From positions 36,704,001 through 36,768,000 of the forward strand of contig NC_042998.1 of assembly GCF_006345805.1 (NCBI RefSeq): DNA of 64,000 nucleotides. Reading direction: 5' to 3'. Each line of letters begins with the position of its first letter. The first letter of the stretch is position 1. Position numbers and translations under genes: made by a program. The stretch is from Octopus sinensis. Taxonomy: Eukaryota. Shown here one piece after another: positions 12,225 to 26,025 of this stretch. The notes under the pieces are model-generated. The model made no database searches. It was given only the letters and a program-made list of their open reading frames with translations, and had not been told where the DNA came from.

Positions 12225-13310
12225 TGTGAAATAGAAAGATGAATAATCTTGTTGCAGATTAATCAAAAGTTTAACCGATACCTTGGTAGCAAAAATCCCA
12301 GCAGAAGACAGCACGGTTGGAGGTACAACCATATGGTGTTGCAACCATGCGTTGGTGCGGATAATTGAATTTTAATATTATTAGTGAATTGAAGAAATGG
12401 AGTTGAACGAAGATTGAACAGAAATCGTTTTATTGCATTCTACACGTGTTTCGAAAGCCACAATTTACCAAATTCCGATTGAATAAGGAGACCATATTGT
12501 GTCTTTCTCTTCAGGAAGAAATAGGAAATCCGTTGGCAAAAACAAAAACAGAACAGAGGCGCAGCAAAACAAATCGAACGAGGCTCCTAAGAGCCCATGG
12601 CCAAACTGTTTATCAATGTATGTTGAAATCGGGTGGTGGGTGCGTTGAAGATTTTAACAGGTCAGTTTACCATTAAACAATAGATGAAACGGTGCATCGT
12701 ATAAGAAATTACAGGGTAAATGTTTTTTAATTTTCTCCTGGTTTGCGGAATTAATGTTTTTGCGGTTGAAGCTTTGGCTGTTATTTCTAGTGGGTGAATG
12801 GCCTATTATGGCCGTTCCTTGATTGTGATGTTGAACTTATAAATGGTCTATGACTATTTAATTTTTTCCCACTAGGCCGCTGGTGGCAAAAAAATTCTAC
12901 GAAATTTTTTGCCACCCTATATTGATTAATTATGAATTTTCTGGTTAATTCCGTAATGGAATCGGCGGCTTATATTTGCTGCCGATAAATTTGGCGCGAG
13001 TGCGATGATTTGAAAATTTTAGGTCAGATATTGCCGAGGCAGGGATAGAAGTGCCTCGTGAAAATATCTGCTCCAAATCTGGCTGTTCTTACTGACGAAT
13101 CTATCGGCCTATGGAAGATTGGCTTGATTTAATTTAATCAGGTTAGTTTACCATTAAACAATAGATGAAACGGTGCATCGTATAAGAAATTACAGGGTAA
13201 ATGTTTTTTTAATTTTCTCCTGGTTTGCGGAATTAATGTTTTTGCGGTTGAAGCTTTGGCTGTTATTTCTAGTGGGTGAATGGCCTATTATGGCCGTTCC
13301 TTGATTGTGA
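12225..13310 (-). mobile_element. Non-coding PLE-like element with ~170 bp internal direct repeat
   Basis: Bounded by (TA)n. ~12660-12829 is repeated at ~13140-13311. Carries the hammerhead at 12437-12520. Confidence 0.6.
12437..12520 (-). ncRNA. Type I hammerhead ribozyme, intact core
   Basis: Minus strand ttc-CTGAAGA-GAAAG...CTTTC-GAAAC-ACGT-GTA-gaa. Palindromic ACACGTGT stem III, GUA triplet, only ~3 bp stem I. Confidence 0.72.
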
Positions 13311-13443
13311 TATATATATATATATATATATATAAATATATATCTGTCTATCTATCTATCTCTCTTTCTCTCTCTGTCTTTATATATATATATATATATA
13401 AATATATATCTGTCTATCTATCTATCTCTCTTTCTCTCTCTGT

Positions 13444-13481
<38 letters not shown>

Positions 13482-13684
13482 GTTTGCATATTTTTTCAGT
13501 GTGTACAAATAACAAGGAAAATATAAATATATAGTAACCAGAGTTGTAAAGGTTCACATAAATACCAAGGATATTACAGTCCCCTTATAGAGGTATAAAT
13601 TCCAGGGTTAAGTGAAATGTTCTTGATAAGATGTATAAATTAAGAAATTGAGTCAAACGCAGGTGTTATTCAATTCATTTATAA

Positions 13685-13771
13685 TTCCAACATATGTTTC
13701 GAAAAAAACATTGACATTTTTCCGGAGGAGATAAACGTGATATAAAACAATGCAAACATCTCGTCAAGGAA
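13685..13771 (-). ncRNA. Degenerate type I hammerhead (C3U)
   Basis: Minus strand ttcc-TTGACGA-GA...TC-GAAAC-ATAT-GTT-ggaa. Stem I ttcc/ggaa, palindrome ACATATGT. Confidence 0.55.
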
Positions 13772-13784
13772 ATAAAGGAACAAA

Positions 13785-13863
<79 letters not shown>

Positions 13864-14399
13864 CTAATATAAGAAAAAGGGACAGGCAACAGGTTGCTTG
13901 ACCACATACCGAAAAAGTAAAAATAGCATTCAAGAATGCTTATTTCTATTTTCCACAAGTGGGGCTCCACACACGACAAACCCTGCAATACACATGTGCA
14001 AAACAGAAGGAATAGATAACGCAAACGAAGTCTGGTGGTTATCTGTGAATATCATGTTTCTGGATTATAAACATATTGAATATATATTTCATATATACTT
14101 TTGATATAAATTTCATATATATTGCATATATATTTCACACCCGTCTTCAGAACAGCTTTCCATTGAAATAGATTTATCATAGATTTATCAAATGCTACGT
14201 ACCTCAAACCTTCTGACCATGCGACATCAAAATATTTGAAGAAAGCGAGCAAAGGCTAAACCTACATAGACATTTGAATTCGTAAATCTTCCCCCCAAAA
14301 TTTTGCCATGCGCACTACAAAAATAGTTCCATAGGGGTAGGAACTATGGGTTGTCGTAAGGGAATGTATATGAATGGTTTCTCTGCATACTTGTCCATG

Positions 14400-14715
14400 C
14401 CCGTGGCTTAGTGGTTGAGGCAATCGGATCACGATCGTAAAGTCACGAGTTCTATTCTCGGTGACCACGTTGTGTTCTTGAGGAAGACACTTTATTTCTA
14501 TGTTGCTCCAGTCCACTCAGCTGGCAACATTCTTACATACATTTCAAAGGGTCAGCCCTGTTGCATTCTCTGTCACGCTGAATCTCCATCAGAACTACGT
14601 TTAGGTTACGCGTGTCTGCAGAGGGCTCAGACAGTTGCACGTTAATTTCTCGAGCAGCTTGTTGGGTTCTCGGATCAACTGTAAACCTCGTCGTCCTAAC
14701 CGACGGAGTGGCAAT
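14400..14715 (+). mobile_element. tRNA-derived SINE
   Basis: A box TGGCTTAGTGG and cttgaggaagacactttatttc..gctccagtccactcagctgg core. Related to 18745, 61650 and 62382. Confidence 0.8.
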
Positions 14716-15307
14716 GTGTATGTGTGTGTGTTTGTTTGTTTGTGTGTGTGTGCACATGTGTCAAGATTTAACTCATTCCAATAATCGTTTTTTAGTGTTC
14801 CATTTAGATATGATCCTTCTCGAGACTTATCCTATTTTTAATACTCACATCTCTGCTTGTAACAAACACGTTTCCTATGTTTGTTATTCACTGCCCCGGG
14901 GCCATTCTCTTTGAGGAGGTCTATAGTCAAGAGTTATTCACTTATTATCTTCATCTCATCTTGTATATCTTCATTAACCAATGTGTACTTCACTTTTAAG
15001 ACGGAAGTATATGATTTCAGAGAATATAACTTCTCATACTAATGGATCCAGCGACAACATAGCGTCTCACACGTAAGACTCTTACGCGGAGCCTGACATT
15101 TGTGCTTCTGCGTGAGTCATATCCGTAACATGGTTAAGATTTCTAATTTTCATTAGAAATATTCATCCTTTTAGATAAACAGCTGCTTAAGGAATACATA
15201 TACATGAGAATTTCAAATAAAGACGAAGATAAATGCTATTAGGTGTGTAACATTGAATATATTTATGTGTGTGTGTGTATCTGTCTATCTATCTGTCTAT
15301 CTATCTG

Positions 15308-15395
<88 letters not shown>

Positions 15396-15479
15396 CCAAT
15401 CTATCTTCTGCTTCACATTCACGATATTAAGTTAGAGATGAGTAGACACGTTTTGTATTCTATTTTATAATATTTTGCT

Positions 15480-15800
15480 TGTTTCAGTTATTAGACTCTG
15501 GCCATGTTGGAGCACGGCCTAGAAGACTTTTTAGTCCAATGAATCGACCCCAATATGTATTTCTTTATTGCCTACATGGGGATAAACATAGAGGGGACAA
15601 ACAAGGACAGACAAGGGAATTAATTCGATCACATTGACCCAACTTCGTAACTGGTACTTATTTAATCGACCCCGAAAAGACGAAAGGCAAAATTGACCTT
15701 GGTGGAATTTGAACTCAAAACGTAACGGGAGACGAAGTACTGCTAAGTGTGGTACTTATTCGATCGGTCTCTGTGGACGAACCACTGGGTTACCAAGTCT
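15480..15800 (-). mobile_element. Nested SINE copies (Nin/Deu-like domain family inserted in another SINE)
   Basis: tatttctttattgcc...aactggtacttatttaatcgaccccgaaaagacgaaaggcaaa...ggaatttgaactc. Confidence 0.75.
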
Positions 15801-15819
15801 CGCCATCTCTAGCAGCTGG

Positions 15820-15962
15820 ACGCAGGCTTGACTAAATGGTAAGACATTTGTTTCCCAACCGCATGGTTATGGGTTCTGAGCAATCGTTTTCTACTACAAC
15901 CTCGATCCGAGCAAAGCGATGTGAGCGGATTCAGTAGATCGAAACTGAAAGAAGCCCGTCGT
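15820..15962 (+). mobile_element. Degraded tRNA-derived SINE 5' part
   Basis: ttcccaaccgcatggtt...gaaactgaaagaagcccgtcg. Confidence 0.6.
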
Positions 15963-16008
15963 GCACACACATAAACACACACACATGCATACGTATATAT
16001 ATTCATAC

Positions 16009-16066
<58 letters not shown>

Positions 16067-16559
16067 CAAATTAATAAATAAAACATATGCATATATACAT
16101 ACATATATGTACGTACCTACATCTACATGTATATATACACGCATATATGGGTACAGGACACCAAAAAAAAAGCGTCGAACACAATGAGAAACGATAACAT
16201 AAACAAAAAACCAAGGAAATGGACATTTTTCTTAAACAACGAAAAAATAGAGTACAAGACATACAACACAAGGAACATTCCCCTCCTTCAGTCGCCTCTG
16301 TTTCATCTATTCCGCGTTTCGAAGTTAAAGGCGAGACACGACTTCTTTCAAACATTCCTTCCCGCAAAAGGCAAATTAAATAAAATTTGAGATTTTTTGG
16401 CAGAGGGGTGAAAATGGTAACAAAAACAGGACAGTAAAGACAGTACAAAATATAAATAGCAAAAGACAGGACAAGGAGAACAACAGTAATATATATATAT
16501 ATATGCAAATACATATATATGTGTGTGTGTGTGATCTGACTATGTGTGTGTGTGCCTTT

Positions 16560-16780
16560 GTGTCTGTTTTCCCTTAGCACAGCTTGACAACCGGCGATGT
16601 ATTTTTTTTACGTCCCCGTAAGGTGTTGGTCCAGCCGGACAAAGCGACCGATAGAATAAGTAGCGTAAGTACAAGGCTTAAAATGAAGATGACAAGGGTC
16701 GATTCGTTTGTCTAAAATTCTTTAAGGCTGTGTCCCGGCATGGACGCAATCTAATGACTGAAACAAGTGAAAGAGATAAA
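16560..16780 (+). mobile_element. SINE 3' part
   Basis: gcttgacaaccggcg..cgtccccgtaa..accgatagaataagta..ggtcgattcgttt..gcatgg..tctaatgactgaaacaagt. Confidence 0.65.
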
Positions 16781-17462
16781 TGATACGAATTGTAACTTTT
16801 TGACAAAGTCAGCATTTTAGGTAAAGAGTTTGTTTCACGATTACAGATTGAGAAGAAATTCACGTAAAGACGAAGAAACATGCAGCTACGTACGTGTGTT
16901 TGTGTGTGTGTGTCTTTATACATCCATCCATACATACATATATAATTTATATATATATATATATATATATACTGGTTGTATGAAAGAAACAGAAGCTCCG
17001 TTAACGGGATTTAGATAGCAACGGAAATAATACATGCATATTTTTTTGTTTTCTAACATGACTGAGATTCTAAAACATATGTAAACACACACAATTCATA
17101 TGTATATATATTTATATATATATATATATAAGTGTGCATGCGTGTGTATGTATGTATATAACGTGTGTGTATAGTTTGTATATGCATGTCAACATAACAT
17201 GAAATCTATTTTCGGTGATATAGTCTGGCAAAAAGAGTGTGTGTCAGTGTATCTGTGATCGTAGACGGCAGGGGAAATCACTATGAAAACATGTTAGCCG
17301 ATATGACATGCTATATCGAGTGAGCTGGGTAGCGAAGGAAAATAGACGACAGCTTGTATATTGTATAACAATCGGGCATACATATATAGACAACACACAC
17401 ACAAGAAGTTATGCTATGCCTATGTAGTATGTATATGTATATATATATATTATATATATATG

Positions 17463-17524
<62 letters not shown>

Positions 17525-17530
17525 ATACAC

Positions 17531-17562
<32 letters not shown>

Positions 17563-17617
17563 GTATGTATGTATACGTATGTACATAAATATATATATAT
17601 ATATATGTGTGTGTTTG

Positions 17618-17662
<45 letters not shown>

Positions 17663-18231
17663 ATACATACACAAAGACGCACACTTACATGTATTTATGC
17701 AATACATACATACATGCATACATACACACACTGACACACACACACATACACATATATGTATAAGATATATATTACATATAATGATAATGACATGCGTATC
17801 TAATTTATATATAAATTCCGAAATACAAGTATAAATATGAATTTAAACGTGCACACAAACACGCACGCTCACACACGTACACATGCACAGGCACACGCAC
17901 ACACGACGCCCATAACCCCCCACCCCAATGCACACACACACATGTTTTGCAAAATAGATTTGTCTGCCATTTGCGTCATCGCAGTTTGACATATTTCACC
18001 TTCTTGCTTTAGACATTTCGCTGTTTTTTTTTTGTATGCTGTCGTTTAGTTTTTGTTTTATCTATTATTGCATTGGTAAATATAAATGTATAAATACATG
18101 TATGCGAGTATGTATGCATATACGTACGCACATACGTACGCATTCATACACACAGACACAGACACAGACATATATATACATAGATATACATACATGCATA
18201 CATATATGTATGTATGTACATACAAACGTAT

Positions 18232-18308
<77 letters not shown>

Positions 18309-18407
18309 GTATAGATTTATGCGTAAATATATAAGTATATACATATTTCTATACATGCTTATATAATTATACACGCATACACACGTACACAGTACACATA
18401 CATACCC

Positions 18408-18478
<71 letters not shown>

Positions 18479-18744
18479 AATATATATGTATAGCTAGCTG
18501 TCTTTCTGTGTGTATGTGTCTGTATGTGCGTATTTTTACTAAAAACTTTTGTTACGTGTAAAATCTATTCTTTATCTAGTGAAGGAATTATTTATTTACT
18601 GGGATTATGATTTGTACGCTAAAACATTGTTGGCATCAGTTTTAAATGAAGAAAAATAGTCGATCATTTCAATTACTTAAATAATTTATATTGTAAACTA
18701 CAGAAACAGGCGAAAGTGTATAGTATATAACACTGAATATAGGA

Positions 18745-19040
18745 GCACTCCGTCGATTACGACGACGAGGGTTCCAGTTGTTACGATCAACGGAACAGCT
18801 TGCTCGTGAAATTAGCGTGCAAGTGGCTGAGCACTCCACAGACACGTGTACCTTTAACATAATTCCCAAGGAAATTTCAGCTTGACAGAAAGTGTGACAA
18901 GGCTGGCCCTTTGTGATACAGGACTGGAGCAACGTGAAATAAAGTGTCATGCTCAAGGACATAGCGCGTTGCCGGGAATTGAACTCACGGCCTTACGATC
19001 GTAAATCGCGTGCCTTAACCACTAATTCACTCGCCTTTAC
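18745..19040 (-). mobile_element. tRNA-derived SINE
   Basis: ggaattgaactc (B box on the minus strand) and actggagcaacgtgaaataaagtgtc core. Confidence 0.8.
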
Positions 19041-20108
19041 AATAATGAATATATATTGAGCGAACAACATATTCAAAAGTTCGCTCGGTTGAACCTGCGA
19101 TGTTTAAAGTCACGTGATAAAATATATTATGGACTTATAATACAAATCAATGCTGCATAATTTGAATTGACTACGTTATTCAATCAAGACTTTTCAATGA
19201 TGTGAATGATGAAGACATTGACAATCGATTGACATTAACAGTAACCTGGAGTCGAGGACATAGCATTGTCGCTATCATAGTTTCATTGTGTATCTAGTAA
19301 TTTTATCACTGAATCGTGCAAAATTGATAAAAGTCGTTTTAACCGAAATATTAACCCTTTTCTTGTTTTGAACTTAAAAAAACAAAAACAAAAGAACAAA
19401 ACAGGCGAATGGCACTGTAATCCACTCACATATTTCAAATCTTTCCAAAATTTTGAACAAAAGAAGAAACCAGAACTTATCTTAAAACAGGAAAAATTCC
19501 TCTAAATGGCGGCGACTGATTGGACTCCATAAAAAGTATTCATGTTTTAGGTGTTTTTTCTTAAGCCGGAGACAGATAAAGTCAGATTTTTCTAGATGTA
19601 ATTTTTGTCTATACACTACTGAAGATGGAAATCTACGTGTCTTTCAGGTAAGGTAAACTGTTTTCTATTAAATGATCTTTGTTATTGCTCTAAACGAAAT
19701 CCTGGCCTTTTCGTTAATTTCTACGAACTCTGACCTCAACACGCATCATTGCCGCATGGTCGATTCTGTAGGCTTATACCGTGTCGAGTGGTCGTATCTC
19801 TCAGGCTTCATACGCTGTGTATCATATAATAAAGCATCACATGCGATACGCATGTCGCTTGTGAGCGCAGTCTTCCAAACAATTTACTTTCTCCTGTTAT
19901 TACGTCAATTACCTGTCAGTTCGCCATATCCATCGTTTTAGACCATAGCCCTGAGAGGTGAGAAATAATGGGGCACCTGAGTTGAGGTGGTGGCAAGCAA
20001 TGTGATGTCACGTAGAAGTTTGGTGATGAACTGCGCCAATGCCATTTTAAACTGCGAAAGAGACTTCCCCAGGTACAGGTGAAATACTCAGACATAAATA
20101 GACTTCTG

Positions 20109-20159
<51 letters not shown>

Positions 20160-20269
20160 CCTTACTGTGAGTTTCCCACCCACTACCCGTCTCACAATTT
20201 CGCATTCGATTTCTCCTCCTTTCATCCTTGCCCTCTTTCCTTCACTTCATGTTATGTCGTTTGTCATAT

Positions 20270-21125
20270 CGAGCATCATCGTATCACCTTGATTAGACTC
20301 TTCCAGGATTCCATGTCACCCATTCTCCCCTCAACACATTTTCTTTCAAGATTTATGCTCGCCAACAAATGCTCCACGTATGTTCGATAAACTGTGTCTT
20401 TCCTTTTGCTATGTAATGGTTCGTATAATGACAGTTGACGTACGACTGCATTGTTTTTGACCAAACATGCCCCACAAACATATGTCTAATGGTTTCTCTT
20501 AATAACGGTATAATTTCATACAATGAACTGTTCGGTAAAAGTTGTTCCAAGAAGCGTTCATTCAGATACACTTATCAATAGACTTTCTGAAAATCTGAAA
20601 CTTGAGACCATTACATTGTTTTGCTTCCCACATTGAAGATCCCTTTTTCCCTGCTGACCATGTCAGTTCAGTTGTTGCTAAATGGTCTTTTTTCACGTTT
20701 TCTATTCACGATCTCAGATATTTGAACTCATTTACGGATTTCTAGTTTGTGACATTAAATGATGTAAAATCTGCTTTTGGCTGATCGCGATTCCTGAACT
20801 CAGTGCCATCGTCATTAACATATTGACTGATTCGATTTGGTGCTTCCTCATCCCGCAGAATTAATCGCTAAGCTTCATTTATAGTATTTGAAGGGCCATA
20901 TCATGTGTATAATTGTATCAGTAATTATATTCGCAGAATCGTATCTGCTTCTCGAGATGCTTTTTGTAAACCCGTTTCTTCTATATTTGATGTTGCATTC
21001 GTAATGGGTTGTCAAAGATCACAAGGTACAGGTAAAAGACAAGTGTCTTACCTTGCAGTATCCCTGCAAGGTGATAAAATATGAGTTCTTTATCATTCTA
21101 GTGAATATTGTTTCTATCTACCACA
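20270..21125 (-). mobile_element. Degraded RTE-clade LINE ORF2, 3' half (RT domain 4 to C-terminus)
   Basis: AGILQGKTLVFYLYLVIFDNPLR (QGDTL-like), NYTHDMAL (YADD-like), VNEFKYLRS, LYEIIPLLRETIRHMFVGHVW..QLSLYEPLH..TYVEHL..MGDMESWK. Confidence 0.85.
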
Positions 21126-21129
21126 GTAC

Positions 21130-22300
21130 TGAGTTGACTATTTGTTTAGACAATTCGCATAAGTGTGACTCAGTTAAATGAGTAAAAGTTTTTGCTGAAG
21201 TCTACCAGTCATATAACAAAGCACTTCATGCTGAACGTCGCTGAGGTTCGGTGTAATTAAGAAAGTAGAATGCGTTATGGCTGGAGGAGACATACCATCG
21301 ATGCAGCTGGATGACATTCATTATACGTTTGTTGTGAAAATTCGCTTCGTTGCTTTCAGGGATATCAACAATATCAACCCTTTTAAAAATAACATTATAA
21401 ATTGCGTGTGAAAATACAAGAGAAGCAAGTATCCCAAACATAGGAGGAATAAACGCAACTGTATCCCACGGGAAGACAAGGCCATAATTAAGTGAAGAAA
21501 ATAACTGAAGGAAATATGTAAAGCTAGATCGAAAATAAGCTCACGAGAAATTGAAAAAAAAAGTAGCAACCAGGTGAAAACAATACATGATAACTTGAAG
21601 CTTTTTCTTGAAGATAAGCTAAATTCAATCTAAAATGTTTCAGAAACAAAACAGCAATCTCCAACATGGGTGTCTCTACATGAAATAACAGTGTCGAAGA
21701 AATAGAAAAAGAAAAACGAAAAGCAAACAATTCTAAATAGTGACTTTATAAAAATAACACGGAAGTAATACATTTCTAACCAAAATAGACAAGCACCATA
21801 CGTGATAACCCAAATTAATAGCATTAATGACACTAGGTACAGATGAGTATACAAAAGCAGAACTAAAGAATTCCGTCAGGTCCTTTTTAAATGGCAATGA
21901 ACCAATAATGAATATTACTATTGGTAGGAATACGGAAGCCAGAGCAGAATTGGGCGCTTTACTTAATGAAGGCAAAGCTGGTAGAAAATTACTTTTGCAC
22001 CCATGTCAAAACGAAAGAGATCCTGGATATGCTAAGCGGGCGTAAAGCTGTTATTGTTTTTTAAAATATTCTAGAAAACTGATACTTTTAAAATTACGTC
22101 CCCATATAGAAACAACCTTAAGAACCAATCTCAGATGGTTTTAATCCAGAATCGTCAAAACTGCTGTAAATTCTCGCAATATGAATGCTCATTGACGTTA
22201 CAAAGATCAGAACCTCAGAGCAACTTTAGAATTTGTACCATTCAGCAAAGATTTCCACAGAATGGACCGAATAAGAGCGTCGTATCCGCTTCCTACGTTT
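21130..22300 (+). mobile_element. Degraded RTE-clade LINE ORF2, middle part (end of EN to RT domain 3), inverted
   Basis: YTFVVKIRFVAF, DKLNSI*NVSETKQQSPTWVSLHEIT, DEYTKAELKNSVRSF, and RATLEFVPFSKDFHRMDR (FVDFSKAFD-like). Confidence 0.78.
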
Positions 22301-22803
22301 TAATTCTATGGTTGTTTACGATCTCTGGATTGGATGTTTCAAGTCCAGTTCATCAATGGAACAATTTATTGCAGCATATTACGAAGACGAAATAACTGTA
22401 GTTACACTGTCGGCAAGACTTTTATAAAATATTGAATACATCAAAAATTGATAAAGATCATCTGATTTGAGCATGGTAATTCTTCCGAACCTGTATTAAA
22501 GATTCCATTGATGTTAACGGTGGATCCATTGAATACGTCAGGTAAAAGGATTCTCAAGTTTATTTGTAACAATTTCTCTTCAAATACAGATGAACTATGT
22601 GCATTTTTCTAACTTAAAACAGATGATTACAAAGAACTGAGACACCCGTATGTATACGACTGAGTGGACAAAAGAAAAGAGCACTCAACACATTTAGTAG
22701 GAATCGGCGGAATCGGCAATGCAGAGCCTGAAGGAGTCGTACTCACGCTAGGGGCTTCCGAAAATTGAGGAAACAAGTAACCGAATCAAACTGTTTTAAA
22801 TAA

Positions 22804-22951
<148 letters not shown>

Positions 22952-23701
22952 TGGCAGATGCACCCCTCCTTTCGATGGTTTAAGTTGCTTTGGCGGTATT
23001 GTTTTCACCAAATAATGGAACTACCGTGAAGGTTTATGGGTAGGACGGCAATCTCTGTTGGCGATTAACCTAGGAACAGAAAATCAAGTTAAAGACTGGT
23101 TATTGTGGTAGATGTTTCATTTCAATGATGATAGAACATATAAGTTTGCAAGTGATGCAAAGTAGAGTTACTGAAGTGTTGTGGGAGCAGGTTACGGATA
23201 ATGGCTACAAAATATAGTTGTTTTACATGAAAGCGAAATTTCTTGTCATAAACAGCCACATAAATGCAGTAATGAAATTGAATGAAGACGTTGAATATTC
23301 TCTGCGATTTTTTTTTTTACAACAGCAAAGGGAATTATTTTCTCGTAGAAATAATCTAACAAAAGCTCTTTTATTCTGTTTTCCCACGAATGCTGCACAA
23401 AGTTAAATTGGTATGGAGTTACCTGCAAGTTACGTATAGATTTCGCTAGTGGAATATAGTAAATATAGTAAATTATTCAGATATAAAATTTATACAAAAC
23501 TCATCTGCCTATTTGCAACAAAGGTCGCGTTTCCACTACGACTTAAAACGGTTAGACTCGAACAGAAAATCGTCCGCTAACTACAATTTGAATGGAAATT
23601 TCGTTTTCACTATAAAACACATGTTGCTAGGTTTATACCACCCGCTTAAGACCCAACTACACTTTAGGTGAAAACTATAGAATACCTCATAAGTAATATA
23701 T

Positions 23702-23905
23702 ATTTCTTTATTGCCCACAAGGGGCTAAACAAAGAGGGGACAAACAAGGACAGACAAAGGAATTAAGTCGATTACATCGGCCCAGTGCAAAACTGGTACG
23801 TTATTTATCGACCCCAAAACGATGAAAGGCAAAGTCGACCTCGGCGTAATTTGAACTCAGAACGTAACGACAGACGAAATACCGCTAAGCATTTCGCCCG
23901 GCGAT
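23702..23905 (-). mobile_element. tRNA-derived SINE with Nin/Deu-like domain
   Basis: Reverse complement of gggcgaaatgcttagcggtatttcgtc..gagttcaaat..gtcgactttgcctttcatc..gggcaataaagaaata. Confidence 0.9.
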
Positions 23906-25257
23906 GCGTTAATTTAACGTGTTAAACTTATCTTTATTAACGTATATCGAATCATACGTAGATATATACAAGATTTACAGAGATATAAGAGTTAGAACTT
24001 GTGGTTCGCTCGCGCCCCTTTTTCTTTGGAAATTTTTACTCGCCGCACTAAAACGTTGCCCCACCCCTGCTCTACACTTATTTACAGTACAAATTTATTA
24101 TTCTTTAACAAAAACTTCATTGACACTGACTTCGAAGTTGCAGTGAGTTAAGCCATCACCGGAATGTATATGCATATATATTACTTATATATATTCATAC
24201 ATATATATATAGGTCTACACCCGCACACACACACACAGGTTTATGTATGTGATTGTGTGTATTTGTAAACGTGTTATGAATATTTACCGACGAAGCCTGA
24301 AAGCTGGTTCAAACAGAATTTATGGATTATGAAAGCAGAAGCTTTGCCCATATTGTGGTTTTCAGGTTCACCGGGTCCGCAGTCATTGGCGTTGATAATA
24401 TTGGCTTTACGCCATGGCAGTACAACATCTGCGCAAATCCATGAGCAGGGTATAATTTCTTGTGAGCCGATGACTAGTGAGTAAGCTGTGAGAAGAAACT
24501 TCCCGTCAGTAAATGATCTGGTGATATTTTATAAATTTCTTGAAAAGATAAAAGTATGTTTATGTGCATGCATTTGTGTGAACTTACATGTGTGTCATCG
24601 TCGTTATCATCATCTTCATCATCACCACCACCACCACCATGTGGTAGAGTACATGCGGCCCACCTCGTCAAGCCCGAATGAACAAATCTACAGATATGCA
24701 CTTGGATGAATGAACCTATATGCCCAAATCCAATGGGAGGCACATGTATTTGTGTAGCAAGGAAATAATCATTTTTGACTATCAAATAGAAGACAGAGAC
24801 ACAGAGGAAAATATGTTTGTGTATTATTTGATAAAAAGCGATGGTGACGTCGGATTTCTTAACTAGACTAGACAGTCAGATATTTGGTTGTTCGAGCAGG
24901 TAATGCAGTATTTATATTTGGGCATCAATAAACAGGGACGGGTTAACTGGGATGGGTATGTTTAGAGTAACTTCAAAGAAGCAGACGTGATCAGACAGAG
25001 TAGTTGTTTACTAGCTTTTGTGTAAATAATTCGATATTATCTACGACAACGTGTGTGATGGACAAAGCCGAACATCTGAGCAAACTTGATGTAATAGATT
25101 GTGTGGGTGTGTGTGTGTGTTAGAGAGCGTCATCGACATATGACGTGATATTTCGATGTGACAGGAAGCGATTGATGGATGGGATGATTCAAGGAAATCC
25201 CAACCTCAACTTCATCAATGAATCGAAACGCCATATTCAGAACAGCAGTTGCAAAGA

Positions 25258-25294
<37 letters not shown>

Positions 25295-25298
25295 TGTG

Positions 25299-25331
<33 letters not shown>

Positions 25332-25829
25332 TTGTGTGTTTATGTGTGTGTATGTGTGTGAGTGTGTGTGTGTGCGTGTGTGTGTGTGAGTGAGTGTCTG
25401 TGTGTGAAAGTGAGTGTGTGTGCGTATGTGTGTGTGCGTGTGTGTGTATGTGTGTGTGTGTGTTAGTGTTAGGTACACAAATACTTAGAACAGCAGAGCC
25501 TACAGTGCATGCACATACTCACACGCAAGTACACATACATTCTTATACACATGCAAATACACGCATAAATTTGAACGGATGTGCATACACGTGTGCACGT
25601 ATGTGTTATGCGAAGACTTTGGAGTTTCTATGTGTTTCGTTTGACAACGATTTCGTTATTGTGTTTGTGGTTGTTGACTACACCTGAGCGAATATAGCAT
25701 TGTCGAATATATGCTTACTTCTTATGAGAGTATCGCATAATTTGTGGAATATTTTGTGGAAATATCGATTTTTTGATAAATTTGGCTTTAATAAAATATT
25801 TTGAGTTGTTAACGCAGTGATTTGGTAGA

Positions 25830-26025
25830 ATTGTTGTAACACGCCGGACAAAATGCTTTGCAATATTTCTTCCGTCTTTACGTTCGCAGTTCAAATCCCA
25901 CCGGGATCGACTTCGTCTTTCAACCTTTCGAGGGTCAATGAAATAAGTAAAAATTTTAAACTGGGGTCGATGTAATCGACTTAGCCCTTACCCCGAAAAT
26001 GCTCGCATTCGGCCAAAATTTTGGG
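25830..26025 (+). mobile_element. Diverged SINE of the same family
   Basis: acacgccggacaaaatgc..gttcaaatccc..tcgacttcgtctttcaacctttcg..ctggggtcgatgtaatcgactta. Confidence 0.8.

Noticed and set aside
16280-16345. gaaacgcg / ctgaagga on the minus strand as a ribozyme
   Set aside because: The motifs are not joined by compatible stems; probably a repeat terminus only.
21040-21075. Minus-strand splice donor AAG|GTAAGA
   Set aside because: Lies within the RTE RT motif LQGKTL; coincidental.
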